A stretch of 54,749 nt of DNA. It comes from an uncultured Bacilli bacterium. GTDB taxonomy: Bacteria; Bacillota_I; Bacilli_A; ML615J-28; CAG-313. The translations under genes and the position numbers were made by a program. Shown here one piece after another: positions 32,418 through 42,141 of the stretch (positions are counted from its first letter, which is position 1; each line of letters opens with the position of its first letter). The stretch spans positions 1 through 54,749 of the forward strand of contig CAKPBI010000012.1 of NCBI GenBank assembly GCA_934140285.1, given 5' to 3'. The notes under the pieces were generated by a model. It was not told the origin of the DNA, did not search any database, and saw nothing but the letters and a program-made list of their open reading frames with translations.

Positions 32418-34628
32418 TTATTCAGATAGTTTTTTTCTTGCTTTAACAATTGTAACTATTCCTACAACGAAATTCCAAATTAACCCACCTGTAATTTTTG
32501 TACCTATATCTATGAATTGGCTACCTTCTGTAAGATCTTTTAAGGAGGAAATTAAACCTATTCCAAGTACAGCTGTAGCAACTAGCATTATTCCGTATAC
32601 AAAGTATATTTTAGTCATCATCTTCACAGAATTACCTAAAATAGCAATCACTAAAGCACTTAGAATACATAATCCAAAGACTACTAATGGATATATCACA
32701 TATATTTTTTCATCTGTAGTTTGGGCAGCATTAATGTTTTTAAATACTGGAATAAGGGTAAATACAATAAAGAAGATGAATTGTACTAAGAAACAAATAC
32801 CTAAAGATCTATTTTCTTTAAATGCTTCTTTTCTTTCGTACATATGATCTTGAATTATTGCTTTTTTACTTACACTTATTAATAATTCATTGGCATCTTT
32901 ATAGCCAGAACATTCTTGAAGTAGGGGAACAGCCAAACGATAAGCTTTTTGATTAATGTATGTTAAAGCAGTTTGATACTTAGACTCTCTGATTTGTTCA
33001 TTACATACGTTAACTTTTTCCTTAGTATCTCTAAAGAATGGAATGGTTCTAAAGATTTCTAAAGCTTCTATATATTTTCCACTATCAAAGTAGTAACAAG
33101 CCGTTTGATAGTTACGTTCATCGATAGCTACTTTGTAATCTTTAAGTAGTTGTGATGAATCTTTATAATTGATACAAAGATTAAGTTTCTTGATCGCTTC
33201 TTCATATCTTTTGTTAGAAGCAAATTCTAATGCTGCTTGATAGTATCCTTCATTTATTGCGTTAGTACAATAAGTGATTTGTTGTTTTGTATCTTTATAT
33301 GTTGGATATCTATTTAAAATGTTTATTGCTTCTTCATATGCACCACTTTCAATTAGTGGCATTGCTTTTTGATAGTTTTCTTCCATGATGTTATTTTGAA
33401 CATTTTGAACTGACATTGTTACTAATTCTTTTTCTGAATCATCACCATAAGTTAAAACTTTATTGTAGTTAATATTATTAGCAATTGATTTAGTTAATTT
33501 TAGTAAATCATCAGTAGAATTTAAATGTTCTGTAATTAATAATTTATATAAATATGCGGTACCTTCTTCAGGATTTTGATTTAGCACTTCTTCAAGTAGA
33601 GAATCAGCTTTTTGGAAATCATTATCCGCAATTAAGATTTTAGCTCTTTTTAAAAGTCCATCGTATGATTGTGTAGTATTCTCAGTTGGTTTTGTTTCTT
33701 TGACTGCACTTTTTTGATTTTCTTTTTCATTCTTGTTAAAGACTTTATCAATTCCTCTTATTAAGTCTTGGATAAATCCTATCTTATTTAGATCTTGAGC
33801 TTGTAAGCCTAACATTTCTTCTGGTAGGTCATATACTTCCATATCTCTATAACATGGGAATAAGTATTTGATTCCTGGTTTTTGATTCATTAAATATAAG
33901 AATCTACTCCATTCATTCTTTACCCATACGGCGTTAAAGTATTCTTGTTTTGTTCCTATTACAAGCATTACTTTACTTGAATTTAGGGCAGCGAAAATAT
34001 ATGGTTCATATTCTACACCTAGTTTTGATTCTAAGGTTATTCTTGAGAAGAATACTCGGTAGCCTTTTTTCGTTAATTCATCATATATTTGTTGGGCTAT
34101 TACGGAATCAACGGTTCTTTTTGAAGATGCATCGGTTTCTTTATAACATATAAAGATATCATAGGGTTCTTCTTTTTGAGATATTGCTAGGGCTTTCTTT
34201 TGAATATTAGCTATTTTATTAGCTTCTTCTTCATACACTCTTCTTGTTACTACATCACTATGTTCAATAGCTTCTTTATAATCTATATCATCAAAGATTG
34301 ATTGTAGTTGCATTCTATTGATTGTTGGTTTCTTAGTTCCATTGTAATCATCTACATAGGTTACTCCATACTTACATAGTAACATTCCAAAGTGAGCTTC
34401 TGCGTCTTTTGGGTTTTCTGCGATAATGCTTTCATATGTTAACATTGCTTTTTCAAAGTCTTGTTTTAATCTTAAAGCATTAGCTCTATTATGGAGATTT
34501 AAGATTTTTTCATTATCAATTTGTGCTGGCACTGTTTGTAAACTTCCACAGTACTCACATTCTACGGTTTGTTGCCCTGATTCAACATTTAGGTTTCCCC
34601 CGCACATTTTACATCTTACGTTTGCCAT
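32418..34628 (-). CDS. Membrane-anchored TIR-domain protein: N-terminal C4 zinc ribbon, TPR hairpin, TIR domain, ~6 Sel1/TPR-like repeats, 4 C-terminal TM helices
   Basis: MANVRCKMCGGNLNV..VECEYCGS zinc ribbon. The TIR domain YDIFICYKETDASSKRTVDSVIAQQIYDELTKKGYRVFF...SKVMLVIGTKQEYFNAVWVKNEWSRFL retains the catalytic Glu of the SxWCxxE motif. Repeats of the form Y..A......Y.......YKD. C-terminal hydrophobic helices. AAGAGGAG RBS. Confidence 0.7.
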   Translation of the reverse strand: MANVRCKMCGGNLNVESGQQTVECEYCGSLQTVPAQIDNEKILNLHNRANALRLKQDFEKAMLTYESIIAENPKDAEAHFGMLLCKYGVTYVDDYNGTKKPTINRMQLQSIFDDIDYKEAIEHSDVVTRRVYEEEANKIANIQKKALAISQKEEPYDIFICYKETDASSKRTVDSVIAQQIYDELTKKGYRVFFSRITLESKLGVEYEPYIFAALNSSKVMLVIGTKQEYFNAVWVKNEWSRFLYLMNQKPGIKYLFPCYRDMEVYDLPEEMLGLQAQDLNKIGFIQDLIRGIDKVFNKNEKENQKSAVKETKPTENTTQSYDGLLKRAKILIADNDFQKADSLLEEVLNQNPEEGTAYLYKLLITEHLNSTDDLLKLTKSIANNINYNKVLTYGDDSEKELVTMSVQNVQNNIMEENYQKAMPLIESGAYEEAINILNRYPTYKDTKQQITYCTNAINEGYYQAALEFASNKRYEEAIKKLNLCINYKDSSQLLKDYKVAIDERNYQTACYYFDSGKYIEALEIFRTIPFFRDTKEKVNVCNEQIRESKYQTALTYINQKAYRLAVPLLQECSGYKDANELLISVSKKAIIQDHMYERKEAFKENRSLGICFLVQFIFFIVFTLIPVFKNINAAQTTDEKIYVIYPLVVFGLCILSALVIAILGNSVKMMTKIYFVYGIMLVATAVLGIGLISSLKDLTEGSQFIDIGTKITGGLIWNFVVGIVTIVKARKKLSE

Positions 34629-34651
34629 GTTATTCTCCTCTTATTAAATGG

Positions 34652-36271
34652 TTATTCAGTTGGTTTTTTTGATCCACAATTTGGACAAAAATTAGTTGTA
34701 ATGTTCTTTTGTCCACATTCACAGTTCCAACCTTCACTTGGTTTTTTGATTCCACAGTTTGGACAAAAACCAGTGGTAACTTTTGTATGACAATTTGGAC
34801 ATTCCCAAGATTGAGCTTGTGGTTGAGATTCAGGTGATAGTGATTCACGAACTGTTCCGGCTACTTCACCCATTACCCCAAGACCAACACCAAGTCCTAC
34901 CATATTATTTACAATACTGCTCGCAGCTGCAGAACCACCTGATTCATTTGATGCCATTGCTACACCAATTTGACGTTTTGTTTCTTGTTCATAGGTGTAA
35001 CCTTTCATACGCATTTCTTGAGCTTCCGCTTCGGCTTGAAGACGGTATGCTTCTGCACTAGCTTGAGCCGCAATGATTTCTTCTTGAGCTTGAGTACGAG
35101 CTTCAACAAGTTTTCTTGCTTGAGCAGCTTCCGCTTCAGCTTGACGAATTCTTTCTTGTTGAACAAGTAAGTATCTTTCCGCGTGTTGTTCTTTTAACTT
35201 TCTGAAGTTTGGATCATCATCAGGAGTTACGATTGAAGTAATAAAGAATTCTGGCATCATTAGTCCATATTCAACTAATACTTCATTAATTTTATTCTTT
35301 AAGATTTCTGATAATTCATCTAAATGTTCATCTACTTCTAGGATGTTGATGTCATTTTCACGAATTGATTTTGCGAGATTAGTTTTAACTTTATTGATGA
35401 TTAAGGCTTTAAATTTGCCGGTCATCCCCGCAATAGAAGCATCACCACTAAAGATTTCATTTTGAGTTAAACCTGTAGTTGTACCTACAACTTTAATTAG
35501 TAATCTTCTAGCATCACTAACACAAATGTTGAATTGTCCACATGCTCCAAGTTCAATATGTAAACCAGAAATTGGGTCAAACATTCTTACCTTTGAGTCT
35601 GTTCCCCATTTAATTCCAAGTTGAGTAGTTAGATTTACAAAGTATATTTCAGAATAGAAAGGATCTTTACCACCAGTTGGAATTTGATATAATTTACTAA
35701 GTAAAGGTAGTGAATCGGTTGAAAGAGTGTAACGACCCGCTTTAAAAGTGTCAAGAGCTTGACCATCTTTAAAGAATACCGCAACTTGTGATTCATGAAC
35801 AATTAGTTGTGACCCTAAGTTAAAGTTTTCAACAGGGTGTTTCCATACAAAAACATCATTAGGTCCTTCATACTTAATTACCGAAATTGAACCTTCTTCT
35901 TGCATTTTATTTTTTGTTACTTCTTTTTGTACATCAATTACAGTGTCACATAAAGGACATTCACAAGTTGTTAGATTTTTACTTACAGTTAAAGTACAAA
36001 AACAAGTTGGACAAGTAATATCAACAGTTTTACTGATACTGCCTTCACTTATTACTTTTTCATGACACACTGGACATTCTGCATTAAATCCTTTTGTTTG
36101 ATCATATACAACGATGTTACCACAGTGTTGACATCTTATTGATTTTTGTTTATCTTTCTTTACATTAATAATATTTCCACATGAACATTTAATGTTCTTT
36201 TTTGCGAATAAAGATGTTGAAGCCTTGGTGAAAGTTCCACAACAAGGACATTGAATTAGAAAATTTGCCAT
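34652..36271 (-). CDS. SPFH/band-7 (YdjI-like, Band_7_1) protein with three N-terminal and two C-terminal zinc ribbons and an Ala/Glu-rich coiled coil
   Basis: CPCCG..CSCGN, CQHCGN..CPVCHE, CPTCFC..CPLCDT. SPFH core VIKYEGPNDVFVWKHPVENFNLGSQLIVHESQVAVFFKDGQ. RQAEAEAAQARKLVEARTQAQEE coiled coil. C-terminal CPNCHT..CPNCG and CECGQ..CPNCG. GGAGG RBS before the ATG at MANFLIQ. Gene A follows 23 bp downstream. Confidence 0.65.
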   Translation of the reverse strand: MANFLIQCPCCGTFTKASTSLFAKKNIKCSCGNIINVKKDKQKSIRCQHCGNIVVYDQTKGFNAECPVCHEKVISEGSISKTVDITCPTCFCTLTVSKNLTTCECPLCDTVIDVQKEVTKNKMQEEGSISVIKYEGPNDVFVWKHPVENFNLGSQLIVHESQVAVFFKDGQALDTFKAGRYTLSTDSLPLLSKLYQIPTGGKDPFYSEIYFVNLTTQLGIKWGTDSKVRMFDPISGLHIELGACGQFNICVSDARRLLIKVVGTTTGLTQNEIFSGDASIAGMTGKFKALIINKVKTNLAKSIRENDINILEVDEHLDELSEILKNKINEVLVEYGLMMPEFFITSIVTPDDDPNFRKLKEQHAERYLLVQQERIRQAEAEAAQARKLVEARTQAQEEIIAAQASAEAYRLQAEAEAQEMRMKGYTYEQETKRQIGVAMASNESGGSAAASSIVNNMVGLGVGLGVMGEVAGTVRESLSPESQPQAQSWECPNCHTKVTTGFCPNCGIKKPSEGWNCECGQKNITTNFCPNCGSKKPTE

Positions 36272-36309
36272 TCTCATTTCCTCCAATTTTTTCTAAAAAC
36301 GTTTTCTTT

Positions 36310-36338
36310 ATTTTATCATATTTTCTTTTCTTTTGCAA
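36310..36338 (-). promoter_or_regulatory. Sigma-A promoter of the SPFH–TIR operon
   Basis: Minus-strand TTGCAA, 17-nt spacer, TAAAAT, lying about 30 nt upstream of the RBS. Confidence 0.4.
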
Positions 36339-36413
36339 TTTTTTTGAAATATGGATTAAGGTAGGAAAAAATTGCAGACAAATTATGTACCTTTATTAAA
36401 GTATATGCTTAAT

Positions 36414-36452
36414 AAAAAAAGATTATTTTACTCAAAAAATAATCTTTTTAAA
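36414..36452. terminator. Terminator separating the helicase gene from the SPFH–TIR operon
   Basis: Symmetric hairpin aaagattatttt-actca-aaaataatcttt with A-run and T-run flanks. Confidence 0.55.
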
Positions 36453-36509
36453 TCTATTTGTTTTATTCTTACAACATTATTGTTTAGTGATTTTTTCACA
36501 CCTAATAAA

Positions 36510-39164
36510 CTAACTCCATCTATTTAGTTTATGTTTTTTTACTAACCTTTTAGCATTATAACTAATATATGATTTTTGTCTACACTTTAAGATTACCATT
36601 CTTCCTTCTTCATTTCTTGTATAAACAAGATCATATTTTCCCATAAGTTTTGATAGATATCTTTTAAATATTTCAGCTGTCTCTTTGTTTTTTCCAATTA
36701 TTGAAGGGCATGCGAAAGAGTATATATAGTTATATTTATTGAAAAGATTCTTTCTAATAATAACATATCTAGGATTATCAATGGGGTTTAAGAATTCGGT
36801 AATAGCCGTATTAAATAGATTTTGTTCAAATAGCGTAGCATTATTTAATGAAACATTAATGTATATTCCTTCTTTTTCACCATTTACTTTTAATGAACAT
36901 GGGGATTCAATAAGGTTTACATCTTTTAAGGTTTTTAAGATGCATTTAGCAAAGGTCTTAATTTGATTTGTTGGGTTTAAGTTAGCAAGTAACTTTCTTA
37001 ATACAAAAATCAAACCAACTCCCGTTATAATCAAAGTAATTACTATGGTTGTCATCACAAGAATTCCTAAACTTGATTCCATAGCAACTCTTGTGATAGC
37101 CATACATAAGGCGTTAATTATAATTGCTTCGATGGTTATGATTAATAAGGCATAAGCCATATTAATAAAAGTGAATACAGGAATTTTTCTAGTTTTAGGC
37201 ACTTCCGAACTAATGCCAACTTTTGATGTTTTTTCTAAAGAAGCTTGCCATCTTTCTTTTACTAGTATACGATTTTTAGATAATGCTAAAGTATTTTGGT
37301 TAATTTTTTCTATTCCCTTTTGATCATATGGTGGTTTAATGGTAGTTATTCTTTCGATTCCACTTTCTATCATATTAGTATCATAACTTGGTCCAACAAA
37401 ACAATCAAATCTTCGTTCTAAGGTTTGATAATCAACAGATTGAATAGTGTTATTATCACGATTAACATACCTTAATAATTTATTTGGGCCTTTTTCTTCA
37501 AACATATAGTCAGGTTCAATGGTAACTAAATGCCAAATGTTGGAAACTTTATCAGGATGGTTCTTATCAATTCTTATGGCACGTCCTCGCATTTGGTTTG
37601 ATAGCATAAAACTACCAATGAAACTAGCGAGGATTAAGGAGTTGATACATGGGGAATCCCAACCTTCACCAAGGAGAGATTTGGTACCAATTAAAATATT
37701 AATAAAGCCATCTTCAAATAATTTAGAGACAATTCTAACTTTATCTTTATTTGTACCCTTAAAATTAACGGTTGAATATGTTGTATTATCAATTGTTTTT
37801 GTAGTAAAGGTATAACTTTCTTTGAGTTTTTCTAGTAAAGAGTTAGGTAGAACAACCAAATTACCAGATAAGATTCCCATATTAATAGATGTTGATTTTC
37901 TAATTTTTTCAAAAATACTTACTACACTTACATTATTAATTGAATCATTTGTACCTACTTTATTAAGAGATTCTTTTTTGATGTAGTCAGTTAGAATTAA
38001 CATTCGAAGGTCGGCACCAAGAGATGAGTATTCACTTTCAACTATTTTTAAAATACTATCCATCTTACCAAGAGAACTAATTAAGTTTCTTTTTAATTTT
38101 TCATCTAATTCTAATGATACTTTATTTTTTTCATAAACTTGATTTTCTTTTAAAATTTTAATTAATTCTTCTTTTTGAATTTTTTTAATTAAATCAGAAT
38201 CAATTAAAAACTGAAGAGCGGTTTCAGCATAACTTAAGGTAAGTAGTGGAAGATATGTTACATTAGTTAGGGCTTTAATCAGTTTAGAATCAAGTTCAAA
38301 TTCATAATAGTTAAATAAAATTAATAAAGCAATGTAGTCTTTTACGTTAGTATAAATATCGGTTAACATACTTTTATAGTTAGTATTGATGCTTTCATAT
38401 AAAACATTAATCCAAGAAAGATTTTTAATTTCATTTAATGCATGATAGGAGTTTTCTTTATATTCTTTAAAAATTTTAGTTTCATCGCTTGTTGGATAAT
38501 TAAATATTACATAATCTTGATGAGGTGAAAGAGTTCCTTGTTTGACTAACTCAGGAACAAAAATTTCTTCATCAATTTCGCCACAAACACTGATGTAGCG
38601 TTGCCACTCGGTTGTTTTCGCATCATATGGGGGAGTCGCGGTTAATGATATAATTTTAACATCTTTATCTAAAGCACTAATAAATTTTTCTAAGGCTTTT
38701 TGCCATTCATTTTGTAAGTGGTGAGCTTCATCTAGACAGATAGTTTTAATATTGTTTTGTCGCATTATTTTAAACAAATCAATAGATGAATAATCAACAA
38801 TTTCATCTTCGGTGGCGACTTCAACTTTATTGATGGCAGAGTATAAGGCTTGATAAGTAATTGAATTAATAAAAACTATTTTATTTAAATCATAGTTTAC
38901 ATATTCACTAATATCAACATTATCTGGTAAAAAAGATTCTTTAAATCTTTCGCCCCATTGTTCTTTGATGGTGGTAGTAGGAGATAGAATGATACAAGGA
39001 TTACCAAGACGCCTTATTAACTCTAAACCAAGAATGGTCTTACCACTACCAGGAGCAGCAACAATGTTAATTTTACCATCAACAAGATAGGTATCAGCAG
39101 CATCTAAGATTCTTTGTTGATAACTTCTAAAGGTTCCTTTAAAACGAATATTATCTAGATTCAT
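36510..39164 (-). CDS. XPB/Rad25-type (ResIII) SF2 DEAH helicase with C-terminal transmembrane helices and an unknown C-terminal domain
   Basis: Motif I AAPGSGKT, motif II CLDEAHHL and motif III SLTATP. TM helices FTFINMAYALLIITIEAIIINALCMAI and LGILVMTTIVITLIITGVGLIFVL. The ORF-track start is GTG. The first ATG is at MNLDNI. Confidence 0.6.
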   Translation of the reverse strand: MNLDNIRFKGTFRSYQQRILDAADTYLVDGKINIVAAPGSGKTILGLELIRRLGNPCIILSPTTTIKEQWGERFKESFLPDNVDISEYVNYDLNKIVFINSITYQALYSAINKVEVATEDEIVDYSSIDLFKIMRQNNIKTICLDEAHHLQNEWQKALEKFISALDKDVKIISLTATPPYDAKTTEWQRYISVCGEIDEEIFVPELVKQGTLSPHQDYVIFNYPTSDETKIFKEYKENSYHALNEIKNLSWINVLYESINTNYKSMLTDIYTNVKDYIALLILFNYYEFELDSKLIKALTNVTYLPLLTLSYAETALQFLIDSDLIKKIQKEELIKILKENQVYEKNKVSLELDEKLKRNLISSLGKMDSILKIVESEYSSLGADLRMLILTDYIKKESLNKVGTNDSINNVSVVSIFEKIRKSTSINMGILSGNLVVLPNSLLEKLKESYTFTTKTIDNTTYSTVNFKGTNKDKVRIVSKLFEDGFINILIGTKSLLGEGWDSPCINSLILASFIGSFMLSNQMRGRAIRIDKNHPDKVSNIWHLVTIEPDYMFEEKGPNKLLRYVNRDNNTIQSVDYQTLERRFDCFVGPSYDTNMIESGIERITTIKPPYDQKGIEKINQNTLALSKNRILVKERWQASLEKTSKVGISSEVPKTRKIPVFTFINMAYALLIITIEAIIINALCMAITRVAMESSLGILVMTTIVITLIITGVGLIFVLRKLLANLNPTNQIKTFAKCILKTLKDVNLIESPCSLKVNGEKEGIYINVSLNNATLFEQNLFNTAITEFLNPIDNPRYVIIRKNLFNKYNYIYSFACPSIIGKNKETAEIFKRYLSKLMGKYDLVYTRNEEGRMVILKCRQKSYISYNAKRLVKKHKLNRWS

Positions 39165-39246
39165 ACTCTTCACTTCACTTTCTCAAATAATTATATCATT
39201 TTATGTTATTTTGTGTAAACTTTTTAAACTTATTACTTTTGTATAT

Positions 39247-39292
39247 AAAAACACATTAGACTGATTACTCATATCTAATGTGTTTATTTTTA
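39247..39292 (-). terminator. Terminator after the CofE-like gene
   Basis: Stem aacacattag/ctaatgtgtt at 39250-39284 with T-rich flanks. Confidence 0.4.
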
Positions 39293-39293
39293 A

Positions 39294-40487
39294 TTATTCA
39301 TTTGTATAATTATCAAAGTAACCTTGGATTAAAATAATTGGGGTTCCTTTATCTCCTGATCCACTAGTTAAATCACATAGGGAACCAATTAGGTCTGTTA
39401 ATTGACGTGGGGTAGTTCCTTCAGATACCATTTTGCCAACTAAACTTTGTTCTTTTTCTTTGATACGCTTAGAGATGGCCATCTTTAGTTCTTCACCTTT
39501 TAATTCTTTAAAATCGTTGTCCGCAAGATATTTTAATTTTAGTTCATTGGGAGTTCCGTTTAATCCTTCTGTGTGGAATGGAGAAACCACAGGATCAGCT
39601 AATTCCCAGATTTTACCTTGAGGATCCTTGAAGGCACCATCACCATAAACCATTACTTCTACTTTTTTGTTGGTTAGTTTGTATAGTTTTTCTCTAATAT
39701 CTTCTACTAACCATAAAGCATCACGAGGGAAAAGTTTTACTTTATCTTCACTTGCTTTATTTGAACCAAGTAATCCATATAGTTCATTATATCCTGATCC
39801 ATTAACTGACGATGTTAAGATTTCATCTAAACCAAAGACTAATTTAGCATTATTTTCTTTTAAAATACGCTTAGTTCTTTTTCTAGTATGAATATCACAT
39901 ACAAGAACATTCTTAGTATAATTTAGGATGGTCTTAGGGTTATTAGAGAATATTACTTCAATATCTGTTCCTACTTCTTTTACGAGGTTGATATAATATT
40001 CCACATAATCGACACCGGTAAATTCATGAACATTATATCCAAATAATTTACGATATTCTTCATAGGTTAAAACATCTGAGTAAGGGTTAATACCTTTTTC
40101 ATCGATTTGATCCCAAGTAATTAAAGCATTACCTACTTCATCAGATGGATAATTTAGCATTAAGATTATTTTTTTAGTACCTTTAGCAATACCTTTTAAA
40201 AGGATCGCAAAACGATTTCTTGAAAGAATAGGAAATATTACTCCTATTTCTTCTCCATAAAATTTTGTCTTGATGTCTTCAGCGATTTGATCAGTTGTAG
40301 CATAGTTTCCTTGTGCCCTCGCAACTACTGATTCTGTGATTGCGACAACATCTCGGTCACGGAGTTTAATGTTTTCTTCTTCACATGCCTCCATGATGCT
40401 GTTTACAACAATCTCACTAAGATTATCTCCTTCTTTAATGATTGGACATCTTATTCCCATTGATACAGTTCCAAGTCTTCTACTCAT
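39294..40487 (-). CDS. Coenzyme F420-0:gamma-glutamyl ligase (CofE)-like family protein
   Basis: IKEGDNL, DRDVVAITESVVARAQGN and the later LFPRDALWLVEDIREKL...VEVMVYGDGAF segments parallel the CofE motifs IkeGDDL, DGDIvVisqKIVSKAEG and LPeDPD..A...vaViItDT.GR. AAGGAAGG RBS. Confidence 0.45.
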   Translation of the reverse strand: MSRRLGTVSMGIRCPIIKEGDNLSEIVVNSIMEACEEENIKLRDRDVVAITESVVARAQGNYATTDQIAEDIKTKFYGEEIGVIFPILSRNRFAILLKGIAKGTKKIILMLNYPSDEVGNALITWDQIDEKGINPYSDVLTYEEYRKLFGYNVHEFTGVDYVEYYINLVKEVGTDIEVIFSNNPKTILNYTKNVLVCDIHTRKRTKRILKENNAKLVFGLDEILTSSVNGSGYNELYGLLGSNKASEDKVKLFPRDALWLVEDIREKLYKLTNKKVEVMVYGDGAFKDPQGKIWELADPVVSPFHTEGLNGTPNELKLKYLADNDFKELKGEELKMAISKRIKEKEQSLVGKMVSEGTTPRQLTDLIGSLCDLTSGSGDKGTPIILIQGYFDNYTNE

Positions 40488-40525
40488 ATTATACCTTCCT
40501 TATTTAATATATTTAAATTAATTAT

Positions 40526-41260
40526 CTATTCATTACTTTCTTGGATAGCTTTTTTAGTTTTACTTCTATTGATAAGAATAAATGGTAGTTGAAATGCTCC
40601 CATTAATACTACAGCGATTGTAAAAAGACTTATGAAGTAAACATACCATCCATGATCAAGATTTAAGATTGGTAGATTCTTCATTGGTGGTCTTGTTAAA
40701 TACATAAAGTTAGTTCCTTCAAAACTTAGGAAGCTATTAACCCATAGATTTAAGAACATCAACATAATTAGTAATGCATAATTGGTAAGTAAAGTTTTTA
40801 CATTAAATTTAACATGTTTTTCTCTTATTAAATAAATACCAAAAAAGATTAGAAAAGCATGATAAATAAAGTATTGATAAACTTGTACTTTCAAAAATGA
40901 TGTACCAATAGTTGGAATAAATAAGGATATGATGGCTCCCACGATTGAAGTTGGTACCATAAAGTTGTATAGTATTTGTTTGGTATTTTCATTTTTGATG
41001 AAAAATCTTAAACCAAAAATAAAGAAAATTTGAATACTACAAAGATGGAATGGTAAACTTCCGGGTTCAAGGACTTTTCCTCCATTGATGCCATCTTCCA
41101 TATTTAAAAGAATTTTAGTAACTTCACTTAAGAAACTAACAACACACATAATTGTTAAGACGGTTTTAAGTGATAGTGAAAAGTTTTTTGATAAAATAAG
41201 CATTAGTGCTATTATTAAAGCTGCGATAGCAAGCCAAATAAAATGTGTATATGTAAACAT
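40526..41260 (-). CDS. Integral membrane protein, TMEM164/YwaF (TIGR02206)-like
   Basis: 244 aa with 7 TM helices and the conserved LPFHLCS motif. Confidence 0.4.
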   Translation of the reverse strand: MFTYTHFIWLAIAALIIALMLILSKNFSLSLKTVLTIMCVVSFLSEVTKILLNMEDGINGGKVLEPGSLPFHLCSIQIFFIFGLRFFIKNENTKQILYNFMVPTSIVGAIISLFIPTIGTSFLKVQVYQYFIYHAFLIFFGIYLIREKHVKFNVKTLLTNYALLIMLMFLNLWVNSFLSFEGTNFMYLTRPPMKNLPILNLDHGWYVYFISLFTIAVVLMGAFQLPFILINRSKTKKAIQESNE

Positions 41261-41419
41261 GTTTTTACTCCTCTTCTATTTTTCCACCTTATTATTTTAC
41301 CATTTTTTATTGTTTATTTGTGTATCATGCAATATTTTTTACTTTTCTTTCTTTTTGGGTTTAATCTAAAATTTAAAAAAGAAGAAATATCAAGTAATAC
41401 TTCTTCTTTATTAAGTAAT

Positions 41420-42110
41420 GTAAAGAATTCTACTGATATCAGTAGAGTTTTTGACAGCCATGAAAATAAAATATCCTTTATGTTATACTATTGTTGTCAG
41501 ACAATGATAAACAGAAAGGACGATATTATTATACCACTTTTTTTATCTAACTTCAAATACACTAACTTTGATTTTGATAAACTTACTTTTAGACAAATTA
41601 ATACTACAATATATGTTGATGCTTACTATTTACCATCCATTTTAAATTGCCCAATTTGTGAATCTACAAGTGTAGTTAAAAATGGATATAAAACTAAAAA
41701 TATAAAACATTGTACTAATTACACTTGCTTTATATTGTTACTTGTCATATTTAAGGTTACAAATGCAATATCTGTAATTCTTTTATCTATGTTGATAGTA
41801 TTGATGGTAAAAGTAAACGAAGATTATCAAATGGCCCAATTGAAGGAATTAATTCCTTTATTTAAAAAATTAGAGTAAATGTAAATGGCTTTACTAATTT
41901 TTATCGTTTTAGAAACAAAGTTATTTATTCCGTAAATAAAAATGTACCACTGAAAATAAAGTAATTATCTATTTTACATTGTTTGACAAAACCCCTACCC
42001 ACTTTAAAGTGGATAGGGGCTTTTTATCAGTAGAATTTTTTACAAGCTCTTATTTGTACTTTATTTTTATAAATTCTTTTTTAACCATCAGTAGAATTCT
42101 TTACAGAGCC
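41420..42110. mobile_element. Insertion-sequence scar: several ISL3-like terminal-repeat copies plus a transposase N-terminal zinc-finger fragment
   Basis: TGTAAAGAATTCTACTGA-TA-TCAGTAGAGTTTTTGACAGCC, two ends head to head at 41421-41459. TCAGTAGAATTTTTTACAAGCTC at 42027-42049. TCAGTAGAATTCTTTACAGAGCC at 42088-42110, whose reverse complement GGCTCTGTAAAGAATT resembles ISL3 termini. Plus-strand fragment ...NCPICESTSVVKNGYKTKNIKHC at ~41645-41715 matches the ISL3 transposase N-terminus (CPHCGGTALKRNGFKP). Confidence 0.4.
41988..42026. terminator. Strong GC hairpin terminator
   Basis: cccctacccac-tttaaa-gtggataggggc followed by ttttt, at 41992-42025. Confidence 0.5.
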
Positions 42111-42141
42111 TTTAAATCTATCTAATTTTTATTTTATAATC

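Noticed and set aside
41243-41878. 211-aa plus-strand ORF called as a single gene
   Set aside because: The 5' two-thirds are AT-rich non-coding sequence overlapping the neighbouring gene end. Only the segment at ~41600-41760 resembles anything, an ISL3 transposase stub, and that is reported as part of an IS scar instead.
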